NCBI GenBank assembly: GCA_000165425.1
Contig: CT868318.1
Location: 647,067 to 711,066 of the forward strand
From: Paramecium tetraurelia
Taxonomy: Eukaryota
Direction of reading: 5' to 3'
Length of the DNA stretch: 64,000 nucleotides
Under the pieces are notes generated by a model, which saw nothing but the letters and a program-made list of their open reading frames with translations, was not told the DNA's origin and ran no database searches. Position 1 is the first letter of the stretch; every line of letters begins with the position of its first letter. A program made the position numbers and the translations under genes. Below are positions 24,901-40,422 of this stretch, one piece after another.

Positions 24901-27900
24901 TAGAGAATGTTAATTTCCTTAGTTGGAAAATAAAGAGGAAATCACCATATCGAATTTACTTAAAAAGGGTATACTAAATTATAAAGATGTTGTATTGAAG
25001 TTGTCTTCTTAGGCTGAGAAGAGTTGGAGTGTTGAGAAGAGATTAAATGAGATGTTCGATAAATTGTCAATAATAGAGTTGGAATTATAAGTGTATAAGG
25101 ATACATTTATTTTTAAAAACTATGAGGATGTAATGGCTTAATTAGATGAACAATTAAATGTTTTGAATATTCTTAAGGCTCAACCTCATGCTAAGTTTGT
25201 TATTATCAAGGCTGCTTAATTGGAAAATAAAATATTACTCATTCAAGACACCCTTGATTAGGTTATGAAATGTTAGAAGCATTGGATTTACTTAGATCCA
25301 ATATTTGCAAGTGACGATATTAAATTAAAGTTAAAATAAGAGACTTTAGATTTTAAGAAAATAGATCAGTCATATAAAAATTATATGATCATTTTGAATA
25401 AGAATAAATTGCTTTGGGACTAGATTGAAAATGACAAAATGAAATAAGACTTTGCATACAATGTATAAATGTTGGATCAAATATAAAAAAGTTTAACAAA
25501 GTACTTAGAATCCAAGAGAATATTATTTCCTCGTTTTTATTTTGTATCCGATGAGGAATTAGTTGAAATTTTAGCTTAAACTAAAAATCCATAGCAAGTA
25601 TAGAAACATATATTCAAATGTTTTGAAAATATATCAGAATTGAAAATAGTAGATAATGAGGTCATCACAGCATTTTATTCAAGTCATCAAGAGAAGATAT
25701 TATTAGATGATGTAATCAATTTGAAAAAGGGAAATAAGATAGAAAATGTAGAGAGTTGGCTATCTGAATTTCAAACAAGAATGCAGAAAACAGTGAAGAA
25801 ATCTAGTTGCAATGCTTTGAAAGATTTGAATTCGACTAAGTTGGAGATTATTAATAAATGGCCTGGTTAAAGTGTACTATTAAGTAACCAAATAAAATGG
25901 ACAAGGAACACAGAGGCTTCAATTAGATAACAATAGAAATTGAATTTAAAATTGTTACTTTAGTTACTAAACAAGGAATTATAGACAACAGTAGATTTAG
26001 TGAGAAATGAGACCAGATTGATTTAGAAAACAACTTTAGAAGCTATGGTAATTCAAGAAGTCCATAATAAAGATGTTGCTTAGTTACTGTTAAACTAATA
26101 GATAGAGGTCATCAACTCATTTTTATGGATATCTTAATTAAGATATTATTTTAATGACGAGAATTCAATTTAGGTTAAAATGGTTAATTCATCTTTTGAG
26201 GTATTTCATATAATAATATTGATTAGTATGGATATGAATATTTGGGAAAGATCTAGAGATTAGTCATTACAGCATTGACTGATAGATGTTAAAGGACATT
26301 GATGGAAGCATATAAAATGAATTATGGAGGTGCTCCTGAAGGTCCAGCAGGAACAGGTAAAACTGAAACTGTAAAGGATTTAGCAAAAGCAATGGCAAGA
26401 CCATGCATTGTTTTTAATTGTTCAGATGGATTGAATTATATAGCAATGGGTAAATTCTTTAAAGGATTGGTGACATCAGGATCTTGGTGTTGTTTCGATG
26501 AATTTAATAGAATTGATCCTGAAGTTCTATCTGTTGTCGCATAATAGATATTTACAATTCAGAAGGCAATCAAACTAAGACAGGAAGCATTTATATTTGA
26601 AGGGGAAGAAATCAATCTAGTACCTACTTGTGCAATAAATGTGACTATGAATCCTGGGTATGCTGGGAGATCAGAACTACCTGATAATCTGAAAATACTG
26701 TTCAGACCATGTGCTATGATGGTTGCTGATTATGAAATGATTGGAGAGATATGTTTATATAGTATTGGATTTGAAAGGGCTAGAGAATTGAGTAAGTAAA
26801 TAGTTACATGTTTGAAGTTGTGCAATGAGCAATTGTCATCTCAGGAACATTATGATTTCGGAATGAGAACACTGAAGGCAGTATTAAATTCGATTAAAAA
26901 TACTAGGAATGGAACAGAACAAGAGAAGTGTCTAACTGCTTTGATTATTGTTAATCAACCTAAATTGGTGAAGAATGATATTGAATTATTCAAAGCGATC
27001 ACTTAGGATTCATTCCCAAATGTTTAAGAATAGGAAATGGATAAATTAACTAATTTTAAATAGTAAACTGAAAATATGAAATTGATATACTATGAAACTT
27101 TGGCAATCAAATGTGAATAGATACACAACAGTATTGAAGTGAGAAATGGAGTAATGTTGGTTGGTCAAACATTCTCTGGGAAATCAACATCCTTATAGAT
27201 ATTGTCTCATTTATTGAAAGCTACAATTTTAAAGTTAAATCCAAAAGCCATAAATTCAGATCAATTATATGGTAAGTTGGATCCAGATACAAAGTAATGG
27301 TCAGATGGAGTAGCTCCAATATTGATGAGAGAGAATATTCAAAGAGAGAAATATGTTTGGATCGTTTTTGATGGACCAGTGGATTCTATATGGATTGAGA
27401 ATCTTAATACTGTTTTGGATGACAATAAAAAATTATGTTTAACATCAGGAGAGATTCTGAAAATTCCAGAGAGAATGTGTATGATTTTTGAAGTTGAGAA
27501 TCTGTCTGCTGCATCTCCAGCCACTGTCTCGAGATTGGGTATGATCTACTACAGTATCTTTGATTGGAGATATCTTATAGATAATATAAGATTGCCTAAT
27601 CATTTTGATCACAAATACTTCATTAAAAGAATCAAATAGTATTATTAATTTATATTCATTATAGTCTCATAGAACATTCATTGGCATGGATGCAAAAATA
27701 TGCATAATTCCCTGTTTATGATCAATAAAACATACTAGTCAGTTCATTCTTGAAATTGTTCTAGAAACTGATGTCTTTGTTAGATTAGAATGAAAGTGAT
27801 ACATTTGTATTTGATAACACAATAATCTTTTCAATTACTTGGTCATTGGGAGCTGCAATTAATGAATAAAATAGAAATCCCTTTAACACATTCTTGCATA

Positions 27901-30900
27901 AATTACTAAAACATTAGTCCACAGGTTTAGATTTAGAAATCAATAGAAAATTGTAATTTCCAATCAATGAAAGAATCGATTATTTTTTATTTGGATTTAT
28001 CAATCAAAAATGGGTTGAATGGATTGATGTATAATATATGATTAACATATGTAGATCTCTGAATAATTACAAATAACTCTGAGCACTGATTTTCATCAGA
28101 TAGTTGTACCAACAAGTGAATCAAATAGAAATGACTTCTTTTGTAAATTGGGATTGCACTTGTTGTATTGTGGACCCACAGGCACTGGTAAATCTTTGTC
28201 GATGACAAAGTTTTCATAATTCTTAATAGCATGCAGTGGTTAAACAACTGGAAACAGTTTGCAGAGGTTGATAGAAACCAAGATCAATAAAAGGAGAAGA
28301 AAAGGATGTTATGGAGCTGAAGAAGGACAGATCACAATATTTGTGGATGAATTGAATATGCCTTTTAGAGAACCATAAGGATCATAACCAGCTATTGAAT
28401 TATTAAGATAATGGATGGATCAAGGTGGTTGGTATGATTTGGATAATAAGGAATTCAAATACATGTGTGACATAACTTTCTTATGTGCTATGCAACCAGC
28501 AAGTGGTGGTCGAAATTAAATTACTATGAGATATCTGCGACATTTCAATTTATTATATATTGGTGGATTCGATAATGCCAGTGTCACCAATATATTATAA
28601 GTATTTGTCGATTGGGTGATGATCAAGTTTTGTGCTACAGAGGAAATCAAATCATTTTAAACAACAATTAGTTCAGAACTCATTGAACTTGTATTAGTAG
28701 ATATAAGAGAGTTTATTGCCAACTCCTTAGAAATGTCATTATATCTATAATTTAAGAGATGTATTCAGGATTTTTGAGGGTATGAGTAAGGCTTCGAAAT
28801 TGTAAAGTAAATCTCAATTGATGAAACTCTGGGTTCATGAATGCACAAGAATCTTTGGTGATCGTTTGGTAGATTTCAATGATATCAAGATATTTTAGAA
28901 TATCATAAAGGACATAGTTGTGGAGGATAGAATTAACTTAAATAATATTCTGTGGATTTAAGGGAATAGTAATTAACATTATGATGAGGTTCTGAATATT
29001 TAATATTTGAAATAGAGAGTGTAAGGAATGCATGATGACTTCAATGCTTAAAGATTTCAAAGCAAGTTGTCATTAATTTTGTTTACGAATGCTATTATGC
29101 ATATATTTAGAATAACTAGAATTCTACAATAGACTTTTGGTCATGCTTTATTAATTGGAATAGGAGGAACTGGGAGATGTAAATCTAATAATTAATAATA
29201 TCTTTAGCTTCCTTAGCCAAATTAGCAACTTTTATAGTATTTAGATCAGAACCAATAATAATCGACCCTCGTTCTTGGAATGATGAGTTGTTGAATACTC
29301 TATTATAGGTTGGATTGGATAATTAGAAAGCATCCATAATATTCAATGATTCCTAATTACAATAATCTTATATGTGGGAAGATATTTGTAGTTTATTGAG
29401 TCATGGCGAAGTCACTCATCTATTCACTCCAGAAGAGAGACTAAAGATATAAGAGGAGATGCCATTCTCAAAGTTCTTGTAGATTTGTAAATTTAATGTT
29501 CATGTCATTTTATGTATGCAACCAGTTACAGAGTTATACAGAAAGAGATTAAGAACATTTCCTACAATCATTAATTGTACTACAATAGATTGGTTTATGG
29601 ATTGGTCAAATGAGGCTTTGGTGACTACAGCTGAAGAATTTCTACCCAGCAATTCTCTTGTCAATGTGGCTGTTAACATTCATTGCAAAGTATTATAGAT
29701 TACTCAAAAATATAATTCTGAACAAAGAAGACAATTTTATGTTACACCAACATAATATTTATAGATGTTGCAAACTTTTAAACGACTTCAAAGAGAAATA
29801 AGTGAATAATCATTGGCATTAATAGATAGATTTGAATCTGGTATTGAAAAGATCATTAAGACTCAAAAGGAAGTCGACAAAATCAAATTGCAATTATTTG
29901 AATTATAACCACAATTAGAGTAGGCAACCATCGAAAATTAAAAGTTATTATAACAGATTAAATTAAAAAAAGAGGAAGCAGACTAAAAAAGAAAATTGTG
30001 TGAATAAGACGAAATGATATGTTAGAAACATAGAGATTAAGCAACTGAATTGAAGAATATATGTATAACTGAATTGAATAAAGTGCTACCCCTTTTGGGT
30101 TAGGCTACTGAAGCATTAGATAAAATTACAAAAGAAGACATGATCTAATTGAAATCTTTCACTAACCCTCCTTTATCAGCTGCTGTTGTTATGGAAGGTC
30201 TATGTTATACATTTTAAGAAGATGAAAAAGTGAAATCCAAAAACAAAGAACTACCTGTCATGTAAGATTATTGGGATTATGCCAAAAAGTATTTATTAAA
30301 TGATAAGCTCATAAAGAGAGTCAAAAAAATGAAACTAGAAGAAATAAGATCTATTAAACTAATGAATATACAGAAACTCTAGGTTTTTGTTCTTAATCCT
30401 CTTTTTGAAAAGGAGAAGGTATTTAATGCATCAAAGGCAGCTGGTAATTTGGCATAATGGATAAGAGCTGTCTTAGAAACATACTAAGCTGTTGAAATCA
30501 TAGAACCAAAAAAGGCACAATTACTTGAAGCTGAAAAAAAACTTAAAGAAGCTGAAGCTGATGTTTAAGTCAAACGAGCCATCTTAGAATAGTAGTTGAA
30601 TGAACTTAAGCAATTTGAAAAGGAATTCGAAAGAGCCAATTAAGAAAAGCAAATAATTTAAGCCGAAGTTGAGACTATTTAAAAACAACTTAATAAAGCT
30701 GAAAAACTATTATTCGGTTTATAAGATGAAGCTTAAAGATGGAAGAAAAAAGGATAAAAGATAAAAAATGAATAGATTGCAATCGAAGGAGACTGTATTT
30801 TAAGTGCTTCAATAATTGCATATTTGGGAGTATTTCCTATTTAGTATAGAGATGTCTGTCAAAATTACTGGAAAAATCTATTGAAATAAAATAATGTCAA

Positions 30901-33900
30901 ATTCTCAAGTGATTATGCCATCTCGAAATAATTATGTAATCCAATTATAATCAACAATTGGATTACATAATAATTACCAAATGATTAGCTAAGTATTGAG
31001 AATGCAATCATACTTAAAGAGTCTACAAAATGGCCATTAATGATTGATCCACAACTCTAAGCCAATTAATGGATTAAAAATATGGAAGATAGCAAATACT
31101 TGCTTATCTTAAATGCCAATTAGCCAACCTAATAAATTCAATTGCAATTAGAACATGGAATATAAATTGGTTATGCAGTTCTATTAGAAAATGTTGGTCA
31201 AACTTTGGATCCATTATTTGAATCATTGTTGTAATAAAATGCGAAATCTAGATCAAAGAGAGCAACTATGAAATTAGGAGATAAAATAATTGATATATCT
31301 TCTGATTTCAGATTTTATATGACAACCAAATTAAGTAATCCTCATTTTCAACCATAAGTTTGTGTTATGGTTAATATGCTTATCTTTTAAGTTACTCAGG
31401 ATGGATTAGTTGACTAATTGTTAAATATAGTTGTCAAGATTGATGAACCTCAGAAGGAAGAACAAAGATTGAAGAACATCCAATAATATTTTTAGAATAA
31501 GGACAAATTGATGTAGACAGAGACATTGATATTGAAATTGCTTTCAGAATCCACAGGAGATCTATTAGAAAATGAAGACTTAATTTAAACACTCTCAAAA
31601 TCAAAGGATGAAAGTATAGCAATTGAAGAGAAGTTAAAAAGCTTAGAGTATGATAGAATAAACTTTATGCAAATCAGATAATTCTATTAATAAGCAGCTG
31701 AGAAAGTCGCCAATCTTTACTTCATATTAAATGATTTGGCTGTCATAGAACACACATATATTTGGTCCTTAGAGTTTTATTTCTTTCTTTACACTAGATC
31801 TATAAGAGAATCTTAAAATGAAAAGTTAAAACGAAATTAGAATATCATAGAAAAGTTTTTATAAATTTTATACACTTAAATTAATAGATCACTTCTAGAG
31901 AAAGATAAACTCATATTTCGATTTCTATTATATGTAAAGACTATGAATATTCCTTCTGAATTAATTAGAGCTACTGTTATGGGTTGCACCTTAACATCCT
32001 CAGATGTGTAAATGCCCAAAGGATTCTCATGGTTGACAAATAAGATGTGGTTGGAATTAGTGGATTTATCATAATCCTTTCCTAACATATTTGGCAGTAT
32101 ATGCTAAGATTTTATATCGTAAAAGTAATTCTGGGATAGCTTTTATAACAGTTCTAATTGTTATTAATTATCATTGAGAGGTTTAGATTAATTTCAAATG
32201 AATATGTTGGTTAAGATTATCAAACCTGAATAATTTATATCTGCAACCAATGAGATGATCAAATAATAAATGGGTAATCTCTTTCTAGAAAATATTCCAA
32301 CGACGTTTGAGTAGTTCTACTTTGAATCTGATTGCAAAATCCCTCTATTGTGTATCATAACTCCCGGAGCAGATCCGAGATAAGAGATCATAAAATTGGC
32401 TACCAAATATGATTTTAATGATCGATTTAATCAGATTTCACTAGGATAAGGATAAAACTAATTAGCTATCAAAATGATTCTGAGTGCCATGCAATAAGGC
32501 ACTTGGGTTCTATTATAGAATTGCCATCTTGCTGCTTCATTTATGCCTGAACTTGAAAACTTATTTGAAGTGCAATACAAAAAAGAGATGAATTCTGATT
32601 TTCGACTGTGGTTGACATCTCAACCAACATCAATATTACCACATAATGTGATATTAAGATGTATTATATTATTTTATGATAGCTCTCAAAATAACTTATG
32701 AATTACCTCGGGGTCTCAAAAATAACATGTTAAGATCATATTAGCAATAGGAGTCTGACAAATTTGAGTAATCCAAAAAAATAAAGGAATGGAAAAATCT
32801 ATTCTTTTCATTAGCATTATTACATGCATGCTTATTAGAAAGAAAGAAGTATGGTCCTTTGGGTTGGAATATTGGATACAATTTCTCATAACATGATTTT
32901 GAAATTTCAAAGGAATAAATCCATTACTTTCTAGAGACCTATTAAGATATTCCATGGGATGCTCTAAATTATTTAATTGCTGAAAATAATTATGGTGGTA
33001 GAGTGACAGATCCAATGGACAGAAAGCTTCTTAAAATTTATGTTAACGATTTCATCAATTCCAAAACCATTCAATAAGATTATCAATTTTATGATATTTA
33101 TTAGATTCCTCAATAAATGAAACTAAAAGCTTATATGGAATACATATCACAATTGCCAATCAACGATCCACCTTAATTATTTGGTCTTCATTATAATGCT
33201 GAAATCTACTCGTCAATCTTAGAGACTGAAAATCTTAGTTAAGTAGTTTTGCAATTACTCCCCAGAACTTAAAGTGATTCAAATCAGACACATCCTGATC
33301 AGATTGTGTATAATAAAAGCAACGAAATCTTGAAGAATTTGCCTTAATAACTAGATAGTCAATTGGCAAAACAAAAATTTTAACAAATTTTGGAAAATCC
33401 TTTAAATGCAATAATTCATTAAGAAATCACAAAGTACAACAAATTACTAGCAAAAATATCAGAATCTCTTAGTATTCTAATATAAGGTTTGGATGGTCTC
33501 ATTAATATCTCTGATTAATCAATAGAAATATATAATGCGATTTTTGATAATCGAATTCCAGAACAATGGCTAACCTTTTCTTACTTAACTACGAAATCTT
33601 TAGGATCCTGGTTTAGTGATCTAATAAAAAGAACTGAATTCATTTAAAAGTGGATAAATTAAGGTCAACCTAAGGTTTTTTGGTTGGGAGGTCTTTTCTT
33701 TATTTAAGGATTCTTAACTGCTGTTTTGTAGACATATTCGAGAAAATCAAAAATTCCTATTGATTAATTAAAATTTGAGTTCAACTTTTTTTCTTAAGAG
33801 CCATAGACCATAACAAGAGGTGTTTGCGTCAATGGGATATCAATAGATGGAGCTCAATTTGACCTTTAAGAGTAAACACTCGTAGAACCTTAAAATAATA

Positions 33901-34121
33901 TCCTGTTCTATCCATGTCCGATAATCAATTTTTGTCCTACTCAATAGAGAAAAATAATCAAAAATTATTCTTGTCCCCTCTACAATACAACATAGAGAAA
34001 AGGAATACTTACTTCAAATGGAATATCAGTTAATTTCATTTGCAAAATAAAAATACCTATTAATAACAATAAAAATCATTGGTCAAAAAGAGGAGTAGCA
34101 TTTATTGTTTAAGCAAATTGA
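21938..34121 (+). CDS. Axonemal dynein heavy chain, single-headed inner-arm type; one +1 frameshift at about 28655-28670
   Basis: FPRFYF, AAA1 [33 protein letters not shown]2 [11 protein letters not shown]3 [11 protein letters not shown]4 GIGGTGRS, stalk, [34 protein letters not shown]. About 11 short introns. Confidence 0.97.
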
Positions 34122-34178
34122 AATTTTAATTAATAAATATTTGACAAATTAAATTAGCATTCACATTTAATAATTATA

Positions 34179-35624
34179 ATGTATTTTTATATATTGTTTA
34201 TTTTCATTCAATCTCAGGGTTTTGAATTGTTCATTGAAAAGGATAAGTAATATCTCATTGCGAATGATAATAAAACCGATATTCGATTTTAAGATGAGAC
34301 TTTGGAGTAATCTCAATGTCATCCTTCAAAATAATATTTAGAAAACTCTAATGAAAAGCATACCAAATTTATATTCAATAACAATCATCAAGAAGACTAG
34401 ATCACTGTAGTAATGCATCCTTTAGTATATGATACAGATGTCCTTAACATATTGTATTCACCCAAAAAGAAACCATACGAAATAGAGCCAAACTCATCAG
34501 AATAATTTATTATCTCTTATGAATGCAAAGCTACCAAGGATTAAATTTCATGGAGTTTAATAGTATTAGAATTTTAAGTATTCTTCAATCAGAATCATTC
34601 TTAATATTACGCAATCTACTTTTACAAATAATGCCTATAGACAGAACTATAAATCCATCCATTAATTATATTATTAATTTTGGCAGTAACATTAATAATA
34701 ATAGGCACCAATTATGGATTATAAGAAATTAAAATGCTTGAGTAAATAAAGACTGATGAATTCAATGCAAAGACATCAGTGTTATTTATTTTATCTGCAA
34801 GTGTATTATTATTTTGTCTATTTAAATTTCCATAAATTGGATAATTGTAAGCTATTATACTTATAATAGAGTGTTGAGTGTAGTGATATTCTTTTTGGCC
34901 ATAATGAGTATTTAAATAATTATAGAAGATTAGTTATAAAAAATGATAGGAAACAACACATTACTGAAGATTGTGTCATATTTAATTAGTTTTGGTATTG
35001 TATTCTCATATTTCTATTATAAACATTGGATAATAAATAACATTGTTGCATTTCTAATAACACTTTTGATGTTCAAGGTAAGAATTTAATAATAATCTTT
35101 AGATAATTGAAATAGATAGTTTTAAAACTGCCACATTATTATTGAGTTTGGCCTTCTTTTATGATATATTTTGGGTATTCATAAGTCCTTATTTTTTTGG
35201 AACTTCTGTTATGGCATAAGTAGCTACATCGATAGATTTGCCTATGAAATTTATATGTCCACCTTTGATGATTTCAAATACTTCTCCTTTAATGAGATGT
35301 TCCATACTTGGTTTAGGAGACATACTATTACCAGGAATCGTGATCAAGTATGTTCTAAAATTTGAAAATTTGTTGAATAAAGGTTATTGTATGTACATTA
35401 CCTCGATAATTGGATATTGTATTGGATTAATAGTTTGTATGTGTTCCTTGGTTATCTACTAATAAGCATAACCAGCATTATTATACTTAGTTCCTATAAT
35501 ATTGATACCTGTGATTATTATGAGTGTCATAAGAAAACAATTTTATTAATTATGGAAGGGATAGGTATTTAAATCATAGAAATAAGCTGGAGTTTATGAG
35601 TTGCAATAGAGTGAATAAGTTTGA
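34179..35624 (+). CDS. Signal peptide peptidase-like intramembrane aspartyl protease (A22B)
   Basis: FYDIFWVF, ILGLGDILLPG, QPALLYLVP. N-terminal signal peptide and luminal domain. Confidence 0.93.
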
Positions 35625-35718
35625 TATATATATTATAAAGTGTATGAATAATATTATGAATTATTATTATTAATTTACAAATGAAAAAATTAAGAATTCT
35701 GATTGAATAAAGAAAACA

Positions 35719-36235
35719 ATGATTAATCCTAATTATAAGATCTCATATATATAAGAATCTGGAATAAGTGAGTGGAATATTATAGCCATAGTTAAATAGA
35801 TAATTTTTTATGAACTGACCATTCATAAGTTTTACATTAATTAAGTATATGGAGCATTAAATGATCAAATGAAATGTTGAACCTTTTAAATTACTTATTA
35901 AATTTTTATAATAGATATAGTAATGATCATATTTATGAATATGAAAAGATATTAATTATTGAAGAAAAATGATTTATATATATAAACAGATGATGATAAT
36001 ATCTCTATTACAGGAATAGAACAAATAAATACAATATTGGATAAATATACTGAGGGCGACTTGAAATTTGGGGATACAAAAAACAAAAAAAGGAATCAAG
36101 AGAAAAAGATCTCTTATTAGGAAAAATCTTAAATTGTTGAATATGCAATAGAATTAAAGGAAGATGGATTGGTAAATAAGATTAGCATTCAATTAAGAGT
36201 TATATAAACAATTGGAAAAAGGATGAACTTATGAT
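35719..36235 (+). pseudogene. Probable decayed gene remnant
   Basis: Coding-like fragments (IQESGISEWNI; TGIEQINTILDKYTEGDLKFG; IVEYAIELKEDGLV) broken by TGA stops. Confidence 0.3.
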
Positions 36236-36496
36236 TAAAAGCATAATCTCAATATTTGAAAAATTTAATAGTATACAAAATTATTTAAATATAGCTCGGA
36301 CGATATCAGAATCCCCAAAAAGTAAATTCTCATGGATTTAAGAGATGAATATAGGTTTCAATAGTAATAACTAAAAATTCTCAGTTCAATCAATACCCAG
36401 ACCTAATTTTTTTAGATTGTCTAGTAAAATAAATCTTGAAAACATAAATTTTTATATTATATTTTATTATTATATTTTAATTTCCTACTTAATTTA

Positions 36497-39400
36497 ATGT
36501 AAGCCTAAACTTTACCCAATATTACTACCAAATCACCATAATCCAAACTCAAAACCCTTGATTCAATGTTAAATGCTCAAATAAAAATCAGATAACCAAA
36601 AGACATTGCCTTCAAGACTTTACCAAATAATAAAACCAACATTTCATTTCTGAGGAATGAAAAATTCTAAACTCGTTAAGATGTAAAATGGCATATATTT
36701 TTCAGCAATACTATAGTTCACCCTTATTAACAAAATCTTAGATAACAGAAGTTGAGGCATAAAACAGATAGAGTAGAAATGATTTCTATTCTTAAATGCT
36801 CAGCGATAATCCCTATAAATACAATGAATACAGTGAGATTGATCAAGAATATAACAGAAGTATGAATCCATATTGAACCATTAGAAATTTCAGATATCAA
36901 TGTCAATTTATTGGATATGAGAAATAAAGATAAGATTAAAGAATTCCTATAGGAATCTGCTTCTTTTTCTAATCATCTCTCTACTCATACTTAAAGATTG
37001 AAAAAAGTAAATGTGCTCACTCAAAGACAAGATGTTATCAAATTGGCTTAATGGCTTGATTATTAGATGTAACAGGTGGTCTCTAATAAGAAAATGATGA
37101 AATAGCAATAACTAAGAGAAATTGAGAAGATATTTAACCTCAGTTTAAAAGAGTTGGTGAGAGAAATATCATTAGATTGCGTTGAAAAAAGGTATAATAT
37201 CATAATTAGGTAGTGTACTATTAGAGAAAATATGGAATCAATATGTTAACTACAATACATTTCTACTTAAATCATTAGATGATGAGAAGAACAATCAAGA
37301 AAATGAATATTTACAGCAACTCAAATCAGTATTATTAATATTTTATGAAAATAGTTGCATTAAACATATTAAAATTCTGTGAAATTTTTAGAGGATAAAC
37401 TAAAATAAATAGATGATGAATTTAATTCATTAAGCACTAAATTTGAAAGAAAGAAGTTTAAACTTAAAAATATTAAAGATAACTTCTTTAGCATTTAAGA
37501 ATAAAAGAAAGAAATTGAACAAGAAGTTGAGTATCTTAAGAATTAGAGAAGAGATCTGTTAGAGATTAAAGAAGCACTCTAGAATTAAGTTGAGAATTTG
37601 ACTCAAGAAAATGAAAGATTATAAACAGCCATCTATTAGAAATCCTAAGAGTTGAGAACAGCCAAAACAAAACGTTACTCTCAGATATCTATTGATAGTT
37701 GTTTTAGTGAATAAAATCACAAAGGGACAACCATGGAAGATTTCTCTGAAATGATGTCAATCAAAAAAGAAAAGTATACTTAGACATTTGATCATGATAA
37801 AATAAAAATATCAACTGCTAATCAAACTGATATCAAATTCATTTTTCATCAAGGCACTCAAACAGGTTTGCATAATGAGGATGATTATTACTAACCACAT
37901 GTCTCCGAAAATAATGATTAAATGAAAAGATTATTAGATTAAAAGTATGACTTAGAAGAAAAACTGAAGTTATCCAATAACATAATATCAGAATTACAAA
38001 GGGCTAAACAACATCTAATGAGGGAACAAGAAATCAATTCTCATAAACTGTCCTCATAAGTAATCAATCATATTACATATAGGAAATATCTCTATCAGCT
38101 CTCTAAAAAGAAATAGAAAGACTTTAATCCGAACTATAATCATTATTACAAAGCAGACAATAAAAAAAGAGGATTATTGTCTCCCTTGAAGAAAATAATG
38201 GAGAGTAAATGTCATTAGGACCAGTCAGAGAATAATAAAGGACTCCTTAAAACACACTGGAAAAATTAGTAGATAAGAATAATCTGAATAATACTCAGAA
38301 ATCAAAATAATAAAATTAACTATAATACTAGGATAACACTGTAAAAAATGGAAAAAATGATAAGGCTGAAAGAACCTAGGGATAAAACAGTAATTTTACA
38401 AGCAATAATGCAAGTTAAACAAATTCATAAAATTAGACACCTTTAAACAAAGAATTATCTAATAATACAGCTTCTAAATTATAGACATCCAACTCAAATA
38501 ATTAATAATAATAAGGCAAAGCAACACTCCATTAGAAGAAACCTTCAGATAATTCAAAATCTACTTCTCATAATGTTAACTCAAATTAAAAATAAACAAA
38601 AGTTTAAAATAATAAAAAGCCAAACGGTGAATAAATTAACAATTAGTCCAGCGGTCAATAAAATAATTAAATTAATTAAGGAGTCTAAAAATTAAGTAAT
38701 TAGTATGCATAATTATATTAGGATACGATACAAATTAAATAGGATAAGTAGAGTCATCGAATAAAGAATAGGATCAACTTAATTCATCTCAAATCAGAAA
38801 TACATTATTAAATTTAAATGAAGTGAACAACGATGATGACTAATTTGGAGAAAATCAAATTGATTAAAATAACTAAAATGAATAAGTATTTAAGAGATCT
38901 AGCACAAAGAAATTATCATATAAATTTAATAGTTCACAACCAAATTCTTAAAATAATTCAATTTATGTTAATCAACGTAATTTTACAGAATATTTTAGTT
39001 TAAAGAAAAGGATCTTATCTGACACCTCCTGCTCCTGAGACAAAAACTATTAGAGATAAGGAATAACAGTTAAAAGAAACTGCTCTAGAATTTATTAAAT
39101 AATTTGTTTAAACAATCAAGTATATCTATTTTCTATTTAGTTTATAACATCCAGAGAATATTGAATAAACAATGCAACTTTAAAATGTTTTTAAATTGAT
39201 AACTCAATTTTACAAGGAACGACTAGAAAGAAAGCAACCCATCTATGTTATATGTTATGAATTCTATATGAATACTTTTGGATTGAAATAAATAGCTGAG
39301 AATAAGTTAACTATGCTGTGTTAGGCAGTGATCTTTTACAGAAGCATTCCAAGAGTTAGACTATTTTCTAGGTTTCTATAAATTTAGGATCCCATCAATG

Positions 39401-40154
39401 ATGAAGATTTGGATTTCTATTTCTCAACTCTATAACATCTAGATGTGCAATAGAAATCAGAAAATCTCATCTCTTGCACTCAAAATTATGAAGGCGTTCT
39501 GATTTTATACGATAAAGCTTTGGATCAATTAGCATCCTTAGATGAACATCTAATGGAAATATAATAAAAATTTAAATCTTAGATCTAAATTCTTAATGGA
39601 AATAGGCATATAGATTTAGATTTATTTTTTATGGAATCATTACAACAATTTTAATTGATGAAAAAAATCCATTAGGATAACTTTAAGGAATTATTCTAAG
39701 CAGTTGATATTAATGATGATGATACAATAAGTGTGGAGGAATTTACTATTTTATTTAACCTAATAGAAGAAGGGTAAAAGGATTAGCAAATGTTTATATA
39801 AAAGTTTATTGAAACTTGTGGTAATTCAGATGGTCTATCTTTCTATTAATTTGGCATGTATTGTATGTCAAACTAATTATTTCAAAAAGATAAATAAGAT
39901 GCATTTCTATAATACAACAATGAATAATTCAAAATATTATAAACTAAATGGAACGAGTAGAGAAAATAACTTACACAGAGATTAAAAGAAAATCTAGTTT
40001 TTACAGAATATTATTAGAATTTAGTAAGAAAACTAGATGATGTAAATATTCTTTATCTAATATATAGTCACTTAAAAATAACCATCCCTATTCTTGGTTG
40101 TTATGGAGAATATTAGAGGAACAATGCAAAAGACTTACTGCTTAAAGTAAATGA
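36497..40154 (+). CDS. Axonemal dynein light chain (p28/DNALI1-like) domain protein, AXDND1-like, with coiled coil and C-terminal EF-hand
   Basis: TQRQDVIKLAQWLDYQM, FNLSLKELVREISLDCVEKSVLLEKIW. N/Q-rich linker. LFQAVDINDDDTISVEEF. Confidence 0.75.
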
Positions 40155-40422
40155 TGGGATTTCTAAATTACTTGAACCCTTTATATGTTTCAATAATAAT
40201 ATATACTTTGTTTTATTAATGTTTATAAATACAAAACTTAAAGTTACTTGGACTTATTAAGATGCTTCGAAATGCTCAAGTGTAATTATTGGTTACTTTA
40301 GGACTCAAATTAAGAAGAAATGAGGATGTAATTGTATTTTTAGGTCTATTAATTAAGTACTACCTGAATTAATAATTACATAAATATAGTATAAGAACAG
40401 GTTTATAAATATAAGAATTTAT

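Noticed and set aside
29155..29215. AAA4 P-loop GIGGTGRS lacking Lys
   Set aside because: GR substitution at AAA4 is common in inner-arm dyneins and is not evidence of inactivation.
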